From NCBI GenBank assembly GCA_030610945.1, contig JAUWQV010000004.1:53812-117811 (forward strand): a DNA stretch of 64,000 nucleotides. The letters run 5' to 3'. The translations under genes were made by a program, and so were the position numbers. The notes under the pieces were generated by a model. That model did no database searches. It saw only the letters and a program-made list of their open reading frames with translations, and had not been told where the DNA came from. The stretch comes from Methanocellales archaeon. Lineage in GTDB: Archaea > Halobacteriota > UBA148 > JAUWXC01. This document shows positions 21,398-32,210 of this stretch, one piece after another (positions within the stretch are counted from its first letter, which is position 1; every line of letters starts with the position of its first letter).

Positions 21398-21661
21398 TCA
21401 CAGATCCCGTGTCCACATTTCTTTGATCTTTAGAGGGGCGATCTCCCTGACCTTGGTTTTTTTAATCTTTTTTGCCAAATCCTCCGCCTCTTTTATGAAC
21501 TCCCTTGGGCTTATTGGCTTGGTGATTATAATCTCATCATCTCGCCCCTCTATGATGATTTCGTCATTTGGTTTGATACCTACTTTTCCCCTGATCTCAC
21601 TAGGGAGTGTTAGTCTACTTCTATCATCTATCTTGGTTACTATACCCATTGTTTCCCTCAA
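21398..21661 (-). CDS. AbrB/MazE-type antitoxin (VapB)
   Basis: KIDDRSRLTLPSEIRGKVGIKPND; immediately upstream of vapC. Confidence 0.88.
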   Translation of the reverse strand: MRETMGIVTKIDDRSRLTLPSEIRGKVGIKPNDEIIIEGRDDEIIITKPISPREFIKEAEDLAKKIKKTKVREIAPLKIKEMWTRDL

Positions 21662-21694
21662 ATACCCATAACGTGGGAATATATAAAAAGTTTT

Positions 21695-22348
21695 CTACTC
21701 AACACTCTGAATCAGCGTGATAACCTCGTTGAACTCGGCTTCTCCATCGATTAGAACGATTGTGGTTCCCTGATATATAAGGTCCTCAACAGGAGTCAGC
21801 GCACCCACTATGATGGTCGACCCGTCGGCATTCCACATCGCCAAGACGGCCTTCACCCTTACAGAGCCACCCTCATAGTTGATGGTTCCTTCATAAATTC
21901 TGGCATTTGCTGTATGTCCGCTGGCGATTGAGATCGTTCTGGTTCCTGTCTGTTGTAGATCGGGGATGAGTTCCCTCGCTTCTTGTAGGAGCTGTTCCTC
22001 TCCCAAGCTGAATAGCAAATCGGCTGGTGGACTGATTCCCAATGGCAGTACTATCCGGAGGGTCATCAGGTAGGATGATGCACTTGATATCGGCACACCC
22101 GTATCGCTTGCCATTATATCCTCTAACGCCTTGTCCTTGTAGACTACCATTGAGGTATTCACATTAATCGTGAATCCGGATACGCTCGTTTCCAATGTCT
22201 GCTTCTGTATTTCTCCTTCTTGAGCCCATCCGAGCTGTGCAAGCGCGGCTTCACTTACCCTTGCAGGAGCCGCTTCTCCGGGCTCTAAACAACCAGCAGA
22301 AGCAGTAAGAATTGTCAGAATGATCAAAATTGAGAGTATCTTCTTCAT
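21695..22348 (-). CDS. putative lipoprotein (DUF6517-like)
   Basis: lipobox SAGC, PARVSEAALAQLGW. Confidence 0.65.
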   Translation of the reverse strand: MKKILSILIILTILTASAGCLEPGEAAPARVSEAALAQLGWAQEGEIQKQTLETSVSGFTINVNTSMVVYKDKALEDIMASDTGVPISSASSYLMTLRIVLPLGISPPADLLFSLGEEQLLQEARELIPDLQQTGTRTISIASGHTANARIYEGTINYEGGSVRVKAVLAMWNADGSTIIVGALTPVEDLIYQGTTIVLIDGEAEFNEVITLIQSVE

Positions 22349-22437
22349 AACGTTGCACGTTTATCCCCTTTAACGCCTATTAACTTTTTCGTGATAACCT
22401 TCATAATGCATTATGACATTAAGATGAAATCGATGTT

Positions 22438-23547
22438 ATGAGCCACAATGCACTACTCCTCATTGGAAATAGCATGCACGACGCCAGCCTCTATTACTTC
22501 ACGAGATTTCTAACGTCGAGCACGGTCACCTATATAAGAAAGGGCAAGAAGGAATTTATCGTGCTCTCCCAGATGGAGGTAGAGCGCGCGAAGAAGGAGT
22601 CGAGAATCGAGGATATTAGACCTACTACTGACTACGATGTCAAAGAGTTAATTAAAAAATACCAAGACCCAAAGAAGGTCCGCTGTGAGTTGTTATACAG
22701 GATTCTACGTGAGGAGAAAGTAGAGCAGATAAAAGTGCCAGCCAATTTTCCATTCTTTCTCGCAGAATGGCTGCAGAAAAAAGGCATCGGCATAACCCTG
22801 ACAGAAGACCTCGAGAAGGTTAGAGAGGTCAAGAGTAAAACTGAAATAGAGTGCATCATCAGGGCGCAACGCGCATGTGAAAAAGCGATGAAGGCTGCGA
22901 TAGATGCCATCAAAAGCGCAAAGATAAGAGGAGATTCTCTGGATATTACATCAGAGAGAGTGAGATGCATTATAGAACATGCATTGGTGGATGAACAATG
23001 CACAACCAATGACACCATTGTGGCATGTGGCAAGCAGGCAAGCAACCCTCATTGCACAGGCCATGGAATGCTTAAAAAAGATGCACCGATTGTTATCGAT
23101 ATATTTCCGTATCACAGAAAGGAGCGCTACCACGCAGACATGAGCAGGACCGTACTGAGAGGCGATGCTTCGGCGGAAATCGTCGACATGTATCAGGCGG
23201 TTTTAGATGCACAAAATGTTGCATTTGATACCATCAAGGCGGGTGTTACAGGCGAAGATGTGCATAACGTGGTGTGTGATTTATTTGAAGAACGCGGATA
23301 CGGCACTGAGAGGAAAGGGGCAAAAACAGGGTTCATTCATTCCACAGGACATGGTGTCGGTATCGAGATTCACGAAGGGGCTTCTTTAAGCATAGGAGGT
23401 GGGGCGCTGAAGGCGGGCAACGTCGTTACCGTGGAGCCGGGATTATATGACCCCATGATAGGGGGGGTTAGGATAGAGGATATGGTCCTTGTCAGCGCCA
23501 AGGGTTGTAAAAATCTCACGAAGTTTCCAAAGCAGTTGGTGATATGA
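22438..23547 (+). CDS. Xaa-Pro aminopeptidase (M24B)
   Basis: IDIFP, ADMSRT, HSTGHGVGIEIHE, TVEPGLY, GVRIED. Confidence 0.93.
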   Translation: MSHNALLLIGNSMHDASLYYFTRFLTSSTVTYIRKGKKEFIVLSQMEVERAKKESRIEDIRPTTDYDVKELIKKYQDPKKVRCELLYRILREEKVEQIKVPANFPFFLAEWLQKKGIGITLTEDLEKVREVKSKTEIECIIRAQRACEKAMKAAIDAIKSAKIRGDSLDITSERVRCIIEHALVDEQCTTNDTIVACGKQASNPHCTGHGMLKKDAPIVIDIFPYHRKERYHADMSRTVLRGDASAEIVDMYQAVLDAQNVAFDTIKAGVTGEDVHNVVCDLFEERGYGTERKGAKTGFIHSTGHGVGIEIHEGASLSIGGGALKAGNVVTVEPGLYDPMIGGVRIEDMVLVSAKGCKNLTKFPKQLVI

Positions 23548-24422
23548 TGATGGGCGAAGATGTAGTCGAAAAGTATTGCAAAGCGGGCAGGATTCTTGCC
23601 GAGGTCAGGGCAGAGGTAGTTAAGATGGTGAAACCGGGCGTTTCACTGCTGAAAGTCGCAGAATTTGCGGAAACGCGCATCAAGGAGAAGGGGGGTATGC
23701 CCGCATTCCCGTGCAACATTTCGCGAAACGATATAGCAGCACATGCAACTCCTTCAGCCAACGATACTTCGATCTTCGAAGATGATATGGTAAAACTCGA
23801 CATAGGTGTGCACATAGATGGCTACATTGCCGATACAGCCATAACCGTTGATTTAAGCGGAAATCCTGAGCTGGTAAAAGCATCCGAGGTTGCTCTAGAG
23901 AATGCCATTGGCATAATCCGCGCAGGCACCAGTACTGTGGAGATAGGCGCCATTATTGAAAAAACCATAAATGAATTTGGCTACAAGCCCGTGGCAAATC
24001 TCACGGGACATGGGCTCGATAGATACGTGCAGCACGCAACCCCATCCATTCCAAACAGGCACGTTGAACAGGGTGTGCGTCTTAAAGCAGGAGATGTCAT
24101 CGCGATTGAACCATTTGCGACAAATGGCGCAGGACACGTATCTGAGAGAGGGGGAGCCGAGATATATAAAGTAGATAGGCTAAAACCAGTGCGATTGCCT
24201 GCTGCAAGGAAATTACTAAAGGAGCTCGATGAATACAAAGGACTTCCATTTGCGAAAAGGTGGTTGTGCCAAAACAAATTAGATTTCATGTTGAACCAGT
24301 TGGAGGCGGTGGGGATTCTTCATTCTTACCCTGCCCTCAAAGAGGATGCTGGAGGACTGATTTCGCAGGCAGAACACACACTCATAGTGGAAGAAGATGG
24401 TTGCCAGGTCATTTCCAGATGA
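23544..24422 (+). CDS. map: type II methionine aminopeptidase
   Basis: AFPCNIS, DIGVHIDGYIADTA, NLTGH, AIEPFAT, SQAEHT. Confidence 0.96.
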   Translation: MMMGEDVVEKYCKAGRILAEVRAEVVKMVKPGVSLLKVAEFAETRIKEKGGMPAFPCNISRNDIAAHATPSANDTSIFEDDMVKLDIGVHIDGYIADTAITVDLSGNPELVKASEVALENAIGIIRAGTSTVEIGAIIEKTINEFGYKPVANLTGHGLDRYVQHATPSIPNRHVEQGVRLKAGDVIAIEPFATNGAGHVSERGGAEIYKVDRLKPVRLPAARKLLKELDEYKGLPFAKRWLCQNKLDFMLNQLEAVGILHSYPALKEDAGGLISQAEHTLIVEEDGCQVISR

Positions 24423-24483
24423 TTCAATACATATATTTTAAGATGATTGACGCATATTTACGCAGTGTTTGGGGTCATACTAA

Positions 24484-25398
24484 ATGGTGAATGCTGAGCG
24501 ATTTATAGAACTGGGCATTGAAGAGATTGGGCAAAGTGTCAAGGACAAAGCCATCATCGCCCTCTCGGGAGGGGTTGACAGTTCAGTATGCGCAGTACTG
24601 GCGCACAGAGCCATCGGAGACAGATTAATTCCCATCTTCGTCGACACAGGACTGATGCGCAAGGGCGAAGTTGAGCGAATTAAGAAAACGTTTGGGCACA
24701 TGAATCCGCACTTCATAGAGGCGAGCGAGCGATTTTTGGGCGCGCTGAAGGGTGTGAGAGATCCGGAAAAGAAGCGAAAAATCATAGGTGAGACGTTTAT
24801 CAGGGTATTTGAGGATGCAGCACGAAAGGAGAACGTGCGCTACCTCATCCAGGGGACCATCTACCCAGACAGGATTGAGTCCGAGGGCGGAATAAAGTCG
24901 CACCACAATGTAGGAGGACTGCCTGTAAAGATAGGGTTTGATGCCATCATAGAGCCGCTACGCGATTTGTACAAGGATGAGGTGCGGGAGGTAGCGAGAG
25001 CATTGGACCTGCCAAAGGAGATATGCGAAAGGATGCCATTTCCAGGACCCGGATTGGCAGTCAGGATAATTGGCGAGGTAACCAAAGAGAAGTTGAAAGT
25101 AGTGAGAGAGGCAAACGCCATCGTAGAGGATGAGATAGTGGACGAGTTTCGTCCCTGGCAGACATTTGCCGCTGTGCTTGAGAGAGGGACAGGTGTGAAA
25201 GGAGACAAGCGTATCCATGGCTGGATTGTCGCGGTTAGGGCGATAGAATCTAGAGATGGCATGACGGCTACGCCAATGGTGCTGCCCTGGAAAAAACTGA
25301 AGCACATAGCATCCAGGATTGCCAACGAGATTCCTGAGGTGGCAAGGGTCGTATATGACATAACACCAAAACCACCCGCCACCATAGAGTTTGAGTGA
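24484..25398 (+). CDS. guaAB: GMP synthase, ATP pyrophosphatase subunit B
   Basis: [39 protein letters not shown]. Confidence 0.96.
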   Translation: MVNAERFIELGIEEIGQSVKDKAIIALSGGVDSSVCAVLAHRAIGDRLIPIFVDTGLMRKGEVERIKKTFGHMNPHFIEASERFLGALKGVRDPEKKRKIIGETFIRVFEDAARKENVRYLIQGTIYPDRIESEGGIKSHHNVGGLPVKIGFDAIIEPLRDLYKDEVREVARALDLPKEICERMPFPGPGLAVRIIGEVTKEKLKVVREANAIVEDEIVDEFRPWQTFAAVLERGTGVKGDKRIHGWIVAVRAIESRDGMTATPMVLPWKKLKHIASRIANEIPEVARVVYDITPKPPATIEFE

Positions 25399-25401
25399 GA
25401 G

Positions 25402-26553
25402 ATGATGAGCGAGAAGGATGTAATGGAGAAGTACGCAAGGTATGTGATGCAGACATACACGCGCCAGCCCATCGTGTTAAAAGAAGGAAAAGGAGCAGTC
25501 GTAAAAGACGTCAATGGCAAGGAGTACATAGACTGTGTAGCTGGCATCGCTGTCAACAACGTTGGCCACTGCCACCCAAGGGTGGTCTCTGCGATTAAGG
25601 AGCAGGCAGAACATTTGATACATATTTCTAATTTGTACTACAATGAGCCGCAGGCCCAACTGGCAGAAAAAATAGTAGAGCTAACGCCAATTGACAGGGT
25701 GTTCTTCTGCAATTCTGGAACGGAAGCGGTCGAGGCAGCGCTAAAACTCGCCAGGAAAGCATCTGGCAAAAAGGAGTTTATCGCCGCGGAAGGCTCCTTC
25801 CATGGCAGGACTCTTGGAGCGCTGAGCATCACCTACAAAGAGAAATACAGGAAACCATTTGAACCGCTGATTCCCGGTGCCAGATTTGTGCCGTACAATG
25901 ATGTTGATGCGATACAGGATACGATAAACAATGAAACGGCAGCCGTCATATTAGAGCCAATTCAAGGCGAGAACGGCATACGCATACCGTCGGAGGGATA
26001 TTTGGGGGCTGTGAGAGATGTCTGCGATGAGAAAGACGTTCTGCTCATCCTCGATGAGGTGCAGACAGGTTTTGGCAGGACTGGAAAATGGTTCGCATAT
26101 GAGCATTACGGCGTAGAGCCGGATATAATAACCATGGCAAAGGCGCTGGGCGGTGGTTTTCCCATGGGTGCGATGTGCGCCAAGGAAGATGTAGCCAGGT
26201 GTTTTAAAGCAGGCGACCATGCCTCAACCTTTGGTGGAGACCCTTTGGCATGTGCAGCTGCTTTGGGCTCAATAGCCGCGATAGAAGAGGAGAATTTAGT
26301 ACAGAGGGCAGAGAAGGTTGGCGCATACTTCTTGCAGAAATTGCGCGACCTACGACATGAATACGTCATAGAGATAAGAGGCAAAGGGCTGATGATAGGG
26401 ATAGAGCTGAGCATAGACGGCAATGCAATCGTTGATATGGCCAGAGAAAAAGGTGTGCTGCTCAACTGCATCTCAGATAGAATTATCAGAATCGTGCCGC
26501 CACTCGTCATCACCGAGCAACAAATCGACAGGGTGGTGGAAGTGCTTGGTTGA
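25402..26553 (+). CDS. argD: acetylornithine aminotransferase (class III PLP)
   Basis: NSGTEAVEAA, FHGRT, EPIQGE, DEVQTG.GRTG, AKALGGG. Confidence 0.92.
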   Translation: MMSEKDVMEKYARYVMQTYTRQPIVLKEGKGAVVKDVNGKEYIDCVAGIAVNNVGHCHPRVVSAIKEQAEHLIHISNLYYNEPQAQLAEKIVELTPIDRVFFCNSGTEAVEAALKLARKASGKKEFIAAEGSFHGRTLGALSITYKEKYRKPFEPLIPGARFVPYNDVDAIQDTINNETAAVILEPIQGENGIRIPSEGYLGAVRDVCDEKDVLLILDEVQTGFGRTGKWFAYEHYGVEPDIITMAKALGGGFPMGAMCAKEDVARCFKAGDHASTFGGDPLACAAALGSIAAIEEENLVQRAEKVGAYFLQKLRDLRHEYVIEIRGKGLMIGIELSIDGNAIVDMAREKGVLLNCISDRIIRIVPPLVITEQQIDRVVEVLG

Positions 26554-27622
26554 GATAAGGAAGTCTATCAGTGGAATCAATAAATACGCGCCCAGCAAGA
26601 CTACAGAAGAGGTAACAAAACAGTATGGATTATCGCCCGCAGATATTATCAAATTAGGGGCGAACGAGAACCCACTGGGACCGTCACCAAAAGCAGTCCA
26701 GGCAGTAAGAGAGTACGCAGATGCCATCAGCATGTATCCATCTGCTGACGCCATCGAATTAAGGGCTGCGCTGTCTAAATATACTGGCTATCCAACAGAG
26801 CAGATAGTAGTCGGAAATGGTATGGATGGCGTGATTGATGTCACAACACGATTATTTGTTGAAAAGGGCGATGAAGCCATTATCTTACCCCCCACGTTTT
26901 CCTATTACGAGCTTTTCACCCTGATGTGCAGCGGGATTCCGCGATTTGTGCCAAGAAAGTCAAATTTTGATATAGACGTTGATGCGCTGATTGATAATAT
27001 AACCAAGAAGACCAAGGTGATCTTCCTGTGCTCTCCCAATAATCCCACGGGGAATGTAATTGGCGAAAAAGAACTGCTGCAGGTGTTAGATGCCACAGAT
27101 GCAGTAGTCCTGGTAGATGAAGCATACGTAGAATTTGCAGATTCGTCAGCAATCGAACTTGTAAGGGAGTGTGAAAATCTCGTGGTCACGCGCACCATGT
27201 CAAAGGCGTTCGGATTGGCAGGACTGAGAGTTGGCTATGGTATCGTCCCTCCCTGGATTTTCAGGGAGTATATGAAAGTGTTACCTGCCTTTAGTGTCAA
27301 TCACATCGGAATAGTTGCAGGAATAGCAGCATTGGAAGATAAAGAGCATCTTCAGTCCACGATACAAACCGTAAAAAAGGGAAGAGCATATCTTACAAAG
27401 AATATTCCTTTCAAGACGTATCCCTCGCAGGCGAACTTCGTGCTGGTAGACGTCTCGCCACTGAGCGCTGAAAAGGTGTGCGAAGCCCTGATGAAAAAGG
27501 GCGTCATCGTGCGGGATTGCAGCTTGGTCAGGGGCGCTGGCAAATCCCTGATTCGCGTGAGCGTTGGCACGAGCGATGAGAATCGGCGTGTTGTAGGAGC
27601 GTTAAGAGAGGTCGCGCCTTGA
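26546..27622 (+). CDS. hisC: histidinol-phosphate aminotransferase
   Basis: KLGANENPLG, CSPNNPTG, DEAYVEF, RTMSKAFGLAGLRVGY; TTG start inferred. Confidence 0.93.
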   Translation: MVEIRKSISGINKYAPSKTTEEVTKQYGLSPADIIKLGANENPLGPSPKAVQAVREYADAISMYPSADAIELRAALSKYTGYPTEQIVVGNGMDGVIDVTTRLFVEKGDEAIILPPTFSYYELFTLMCSGIPRFVPRKSNFDIDVDALIDNITKKTKVIFLCSPNNPTGNVIGEKELLQVLDATDAVVLVDEAYVEFADSSAIELVRECENLVVTRTMSKAFGLAGLRVGYGIVPPWIFREYMKVLPAFSVNHIGIVAGIAALEDKEHLQSTIQTVKKGRAYLTKNIPFKTYPSQANFVLVDVSPLSAEKVCEALMKKGVIVRDCSLVRGAGKSLIRVSVGTSDENRRVVGALREVAP

Positions 27623-28146
27623 AAATAGCCATCACTGGGACACCTGGTACCGGTAAAACTTCTGTCTGCAGAATTCTTAAGAAACGCTATCCTGTTATCG
27701 ACCTGAACGAACTTATCGAGGACGAGAAACTCTATACCGGAATGGACAAAGAGCGAAATACCAAGATAGTGGACACGAGTACGCTAATAGAGCATGTAGC
27801 CCGTCTGGACCTAAAAAATACAACTATATTCGAAGGACATTTAGCGCATTATTTGCCCGTCGACATCGTTATCGTGCTCAGGGCATCACCATCTGAACTC
27901 AGGAAACGACTGGGCAAAAAGGGATTCAGCGAGGCTAAAGCCAAGGAGAATATCGAGGCGGAGGCGTTGGATGTCATTTTGGTAGAGGCAGTCGAGAGAA
28001 GTGACAACGTATATGAAATCGACACATCCAGTAAAGACATCGAGGAAGTTGCAGAGCGCATCATAGATATTATCGAAGCCCCAGAGAAGTACAAGAACAG
28101 ATACAAACCTGGAAGCGTGGACTGGAGCGGGGAGGTATTTGGTTGA
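27619..28146 (+). CDS. AK6/Fap7-type adenylate kinase
   Basis: ITGTPGTGKT, EGHLAH, ENIEAE. Confidence 0.9.
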   Translation: MKIAITGTPGTGKTSVCRILKKRYPVIDLNELIEDEKLYTGMDKERNTKIVDTSTLIEHVARLDLKNTTIFEGHLAHYLPVDIVIVLRASPSELRKRLGKKGFSEAKAKENIEAEALDVILVEAVERSDNVYEIDTSSKDIEEVAERIIDIIEAPEKYKNRYKPGSVDWSGEVFG

Positions 28147-28751
28147 CGCTAGACTCACTAAGGCCAAGGGCAGAAAAAGCGATGATACCACTTGCGGGAG
28201 CGTTGGAGCGTATAGGAGTTACTCCGGATATGCTGTCAGTTGCATCCCTCATATCTGCCGTGCTGGCAGGCGTTTTGTTTTGCTACACGCCCAGTAAGAC
28301 GTTTCTATTCCTCGCTGCAGTGATGGTATTTTTAAATGCATTCTTCGATGCGGCAGATGGTGCGGTAGCAGCGCAGATAGGCGCGACGAAAAGAGGCGAC
28401 TTTTTAGACCATGTGCTTGACAGATATTCAGATATTTTCATCATATGCGGCATCTTTTTTGGGGGCTACGCTCCCTGGCAGGTTGGCGTAGTGGCCATAA
28501 CAGGAGTCCTGCTGACAAGTTATATGGGGACGCAGGCGCAAGCCCTCGATATAGAGCGGTATTACGGCGGCATTCTGGGCAGAGCTGATAGATTGGTGAT
28601 AATATTCCTCGCCGCCATTGCGAATGTCGCGTACGTAAATGAAATCTATGGAATGCCAATCCTGGGGTGGATGTTAGTTGCGGTGGCGATTACAAGCCAT
28701 CTAACTGCCATCCAGCGATTTACATATATCTGGCGCGCGCTGTCAAAATAG
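28143..28751 (+). CDS. CDP-alcohol phosphatidyltransferase (archaetidylinositol-phosphate synthase-like)
   Basis: DAADGAVA...GDFLDHVLDRYSD signature. Confidence 0.92.
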   Translation: MTLDSLRPRAEKAMIPLAGALERIGVTPDMLSVASLISAVLAGVLFCYTPSKTFLFLAAVMVFLNAFFDAADGAVAAQIGATKRGDFLDHVLDRYSDIFIICGIFFGGYAPWQVGVVAITGVLLTSYMGTQAQALDIERYYGGILGRADRLVIIFLAAIANVAYVNEIYGMPILGWMLVAVAITSHLTAIQRFTYIWRALSK

Positions 28752-28783
28752 GGTTAAGCTACATTGGCACTCATATGCTCGTC

Positions 28784-30007
28784 TCAAGCAAACATCGCGC
28801 CGGTATCACGTGATGGTTGCATCTTCTGTGTAGTCAAAACCTTCTTCGCAGCCTCTTCAAAGTCGCTCATCGTTACTATGTCTTTGCCTAAGCGAATCGC
28901 AAACATGCCGGCTTCCATCGCGATTGCCTTTAGGTCAGCACCGCTTAGACCTTCTGTGATAGGTGCCATTTGTTCAAGCTTGACATCGTCTGCGAGATTT
29001 ATGCCCTTGGTGTGAATCTTGAGTATCTCCGCCCTTGCGTCAGAATCAGGCAAAGTCACCTCAATCAACCGATCGAATCGACCTGGCCTAAGCAACGCTG
29101 GGTCGAGAATGTCCAATCGATTAGTTGCCCCTATAATCCTGACGTTTCCCCTTGCATCAAAACCGTCCATCTCAGCTAATAATTGCATGAGCGTCCGCTG
29201 TACTTCTCTGTCGCCGGATGTGGCGCTCTCAAGTCGCTTTGCACCTATCGCATCCAGCTCATCAACGAAGATGATGGAAGGAGATTTCTCCCTTGCCATC
29301 TCAAATAGTTCGCGAACAAGTCGTGCGCCCTCGCCAATGTACTTCTGCACCAGTTCGGAGCCTACAACTCTAATAAACGTAGCATTCGTTCTCTGTGCGA
29401 CCGCCTTCGCAAGCATCGTCTTTCCAGAACCAGGAGGTCCATGAAGCAAAACGCCCTTTGGAGGCTCAATTCCCACCTTGGCAAACATCTCCGGCTTTAT
29501 CAGCGGCAGCTCGACCGTTTCCTTTAACTCCTGTATCTGCGCCTTGAGCCCGCCTATTTGGCCATAGTCTACAGAAGGGGACTCGATTATTTCCATGCCA
29601 TAAACCGTTGGGTCCTTAGGCGAAGACAGTACGCCAACAACGGCAAGCGTCTGCTGGTTTAGTGCAACCCTTGTGCCAGGTTGTAAATCTGCTCCATCTA
29701 TGAACTGTGACGAGCCGACGATGAATCTCGGTCCTGTGCTGCTCTTAATCACAACCTTGCCGTTCTCCAGAACGTCTAAAATAGTCCCAATGACTAATGG
29801 AGGCGTCTTTAATCTCTCAAGCTCGCTTCTCAACTTCCTGAGTTCACGTTCGAACCTTAATCTTTCGCTTTCCACAGACCGCTTTTCAGATTCTACTCTG
29901 CTGTACTCCCCTTTAAGCCTGAGATTTCGTTCCTCCAACTGCCTGACTTTATCTAGGAGGTACCTTGAAAAATCTGAACCAGATTCATCACTTGAGATGT
30001 CAGCCAT
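28784..30007 (-). CDS. pan: proteasome-activating nucleotidase
   Basis: N-terminal coiled coil, [33 protein letters not shown]. Confidence 0.97.
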   Translation of the reverse strand: MADISSDESGSDFSRYLLDKVRQLEERNLRLKGEYSRVESEKRSVESERLRFERELRKLRSELERLKTPPLVIGTILDVLENGKVVIKSSTGPRFIVGSSQFIDGADLQPGTRVALNQQTLAVVGVLSSPKDPTVYGMEIIESPSVDYGQIGGLKAQIQELKETVELPLIKPEMFAKVGIEPPKGVLLHGPPGSGKTMLAKAVAQRTNATFIRVVGSELVQKYIGEGARLVRELFEMAREKSPSIIFVDELDAIGAKRLESATSGDREVQRTLMQLLAEMDGFDARGNVRIIGATNRLDILDPALLRPGRFDRLIEVTLPDSDARAEILKIHTKGINLADDVKLEQMAPITEGLSGADLKAIAMEAGMFAIRLGKDIVTMSDFEEAAKKVLTTQKMQPSRDTGAMFA

Positions 30008-30074
30008 GTGGACCTCCGAATGTTATTTAAATTACTCCCCTATATATGTATATATTGTGTTTTGTGTGGCCTAT

Positions 30075-30524
30075 ATGAATTGTGAGATATGCGGCACCGA
30101 GATAAAAGGCATACCCCATAGAATAAAAATAGATAGGTCTGAACTAAGCGTGTGCAACAATTGTGCACGATATGGGGAGGCCATAACTACAGTTGAGACG
30201 AAAAAAGCCAGAGCTAGAGTGCCCATGCTAAGAAACGTCTACAACATAGACGAGGTTATTTCCAACTACCCAGAGGTCATCCGCAAAGCACGCCAGACCC
30301 GGAATTTGACTGTAGAGGATCTGGCAGTAAATATCAAAGAAAAAGCATCACTAATAAAGAGAATAGAAAGGGGCAAAATAATGCCCGAGGAAGGGGTCAG
30401 GAAGAAACTTGAGCAATTCCTGGATATTAAACTGACAACGCACATTGAAAAGATAGAGTTAACACATATCACCCCCAAGACGCTCACGCTGGGCGATGTT
30501 GCCACGATTAAACGTAAACGCTAG
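30075..30524 (+). CDS. mbf1: archaeal multiprotein bridging factor 1 (Zn ribbon + HTH)
   Basis: MNCEICG..VCNNC, HTH, LTLGD; true start lies inside track ORF 29673-30524. Confidence 0.9.
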   Translation: MNCEICGTEIKGIPHRIKIDRSELSVCNNCARYGEAITTVETKKARARVPMLRNVYNIDEVISNYPEVIRKARQTRNLTVEDLAVNIKEKASLIKRIERGKIMPEEGVRKKLEQFLDIKLTTHIEKIELTHITPKTLTLGDVATIKRKR

Positions 30525-30895
30525 AAGTCTGTGTAAGATGGTGGTTTTCGGTATCCTTCCAGTGCCGGCAAGGTGCCAACACTACCCAGCAGTTCATTGA
30601 ATATAGAATATCTCGAGCTGACTATGATAATGTGCGCAGGAGGGTGAATCTTTTTCAACGTATCTATGGCAACACCAGCACTTTCATGCAATGGCACAAT
30701 CGCAGCCACCTTGCACTCCCATCTCAGTTCATCCTCTCTGAGTTGCATAATGTCAAGAAGTATTCTGTCCGCAAAATCTGGATTCAGTTCCTTGGGAACA
30801 TCCACAAATGTTAGGCCACCATGGCGCTCGAGATCGGCTAAAGCAGTTTTTAATTTAGAGTCATCATCCGCTCTAATCACAGCAAATGATTCCAT
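30521..30895 (-). CDS. DUF356-family protein
   Basis: IRADD..K..TALADLERHG and IHPPAHIIIVS; start inferred. Confidence 0.8.
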   Translation of the reverse strand: MESFAVIRADDDSKLKTALADLERHGGLTFVDVPKELNPDFADRILLDIMQLREDELRWECKVAAIVPLHESAGVAIDTLKKIHPPAHIIIVSSRYSIFNELLGSVGTLPALEGYRKPPSYTDF

Positions 30896-30965
30896 TTTTT
30901 CGCCTTCATAATTGTGATGATGCTTATTAGGTAAGTATATTTCTATAAAGGGCGTAAGGGCAACC

Positions 30966-31568
30966 ATGCGAGAGACCGCGGACGATATTGAGCGGGCTGC
31001 TGACATCCTCAGAAACGGTGGCGTTGTCGTATATCCCACTGAGACCCTATATGGCCTGGGTGTCGATGCCATCTCAGAACGTGCGATTAAAAAGGCCTAT
31101 GCCATCAAGAAGAGAGCGCTGAGCGAGCCTATATCCCTTGCAGTTGCATCTTATAAGATGATGGAACAGGTTGCATACATAGACTCATGGGAGCTAATAA
31201 GACAGCTCCTACCAGGACCTGTTACAGTCTTGCTTAGAAAGCAGGAGAACGTCCCTGATATGTTAACCGCACATTCAAAACTGGTTGGAGTAAGGCTGCC
31301 AGCACACCCTGTCGCAATACAATTGATTGAATCATTTGGGTCGCCAATCACATCAACTAGTGCCAACATCTCAGGGTCAGCGCCCCCAAGGAAAGCAGAC
31401 GAAGTGCAAATCACCGCAGATTTGATACTTGACGGCGGAGAGTGCAAATATGGCATGCCGTCCACAGTTGTTGATTTAGTGAATATGAAAGTTATACGAA
31501 AAGGCGCCAATTACGACAAAGTCAAGACACTTATGGAACAGTATAAACTGTGCAGATCCAGCGATTAA
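30966..31568 (+). CDS. tsaC: L-threonylcarbamoyladenylate synthase (YrdC/TsaC domain)
   Basis: YPTETLYGLG, PGPVT, GVRLP, STSANISG. Confidence 0.93.
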   Translation: MRETADDIERAADILRNGGVVVYPTETLYGLGVDAISERAIKKAYAIKKRALSEPISLAVASYKMMEQVAYIDSWELIRQLLPGPVTVLLRKQENVPDMLTAHSKLVGVRLPAHPVAIQLIESFGSPITSTSANISGSAPPRKADEVQITADLILDGGECKYGMPSTVVDLVNMKVIRKGANYDKVKTLMEQYKLCRSSD

Positions 31569-32116
31569 AGCAAAAACACAGCAGCTGACAGCACAGTCGT
31601 CCATAACCCCTTTTTGTTCCCGAGTGCGGACTGGGTTATATTTGTCGTTCTGACTATTTTGCCGCTGATTTTCCAGACCTCTTTTCGCTCGTCGTAGCTT
31701 GTATCTGGGTCAAAATCCACGCCCAAAGTGGTCGCAAGCATTGATGCAGCCAAGTCTTCGGCATAGTCGCCTGCCTTATGTTCCGTCTCGCCAAAGGAGT
31801 GGTGCTCGCTCAGATAACCATAGGCATTTGGGTCTGCAGGAACTGCACATCCAACGGAGGCGGCAATTAATCTATTTGACTCGTTTGTGGCATTTTTCGC
31901 CATGACACAAAATACCACCTGGCCGGGTTCTAATGCACTTAAGCCCTTGGCTCTTGAAATTATTTTGCACCCAGGAGGGTAAATGCTGGAAACTAGAACA
32001 AGATTGTACTTCTCTATACCGGCACTTCTTAGCGCAAGTTCAAATGATGCCAACTTCTCCCTATGCCTGCCAACGCCTCTTGTGAAAAACATCCTCTTTG
32101 GTATCAATGCATTCAT
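31565..32116 (-). CDS. pdaD: pyruvoyl-dependent arginine decarboxylase
   Basis: SFELALR.AGI, NLVLVSSI cleavage site, YGYLSEHH. Confidence 0.93.
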   Translation of the reverse strand: MNALIPKRMFFTRGVGRHREKLASFELALRSAGIEKYNLVLVSSIYPPGCKIISRAKGLSALEPGQVVFCVMAKNATNESNRLIAASVGCAVPADPNAYGYLSEHHSFGETEHKAGDYAEDLAASMLATTLGVDFDPDTSYDERKEVWKISGKIVRTTNITQSALGNKKGLWTTVLSAAVFLL

Positions 32117-32210
32117 GCAATATCGTGATACGGTTTTAGGATATAAAATATTAGGTTGTTAGACCGTGAACAGTTTTATATGCTCAAAATTAATAGTTTG
32201 TTTGGTTCGC

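Noticed and set aside
29673-30074. Apparent 134-aa N-terminal extension of MBF1
   Set aside because: It is antisense to pan. The real protein starts at MNCEICG (30075).
30896-31072. Apparent N-terminal extension of the DUF356 protein
   Set aside because: It overlaps tsaC on the other strand. Family similarity begins at MESFAVIRADD.
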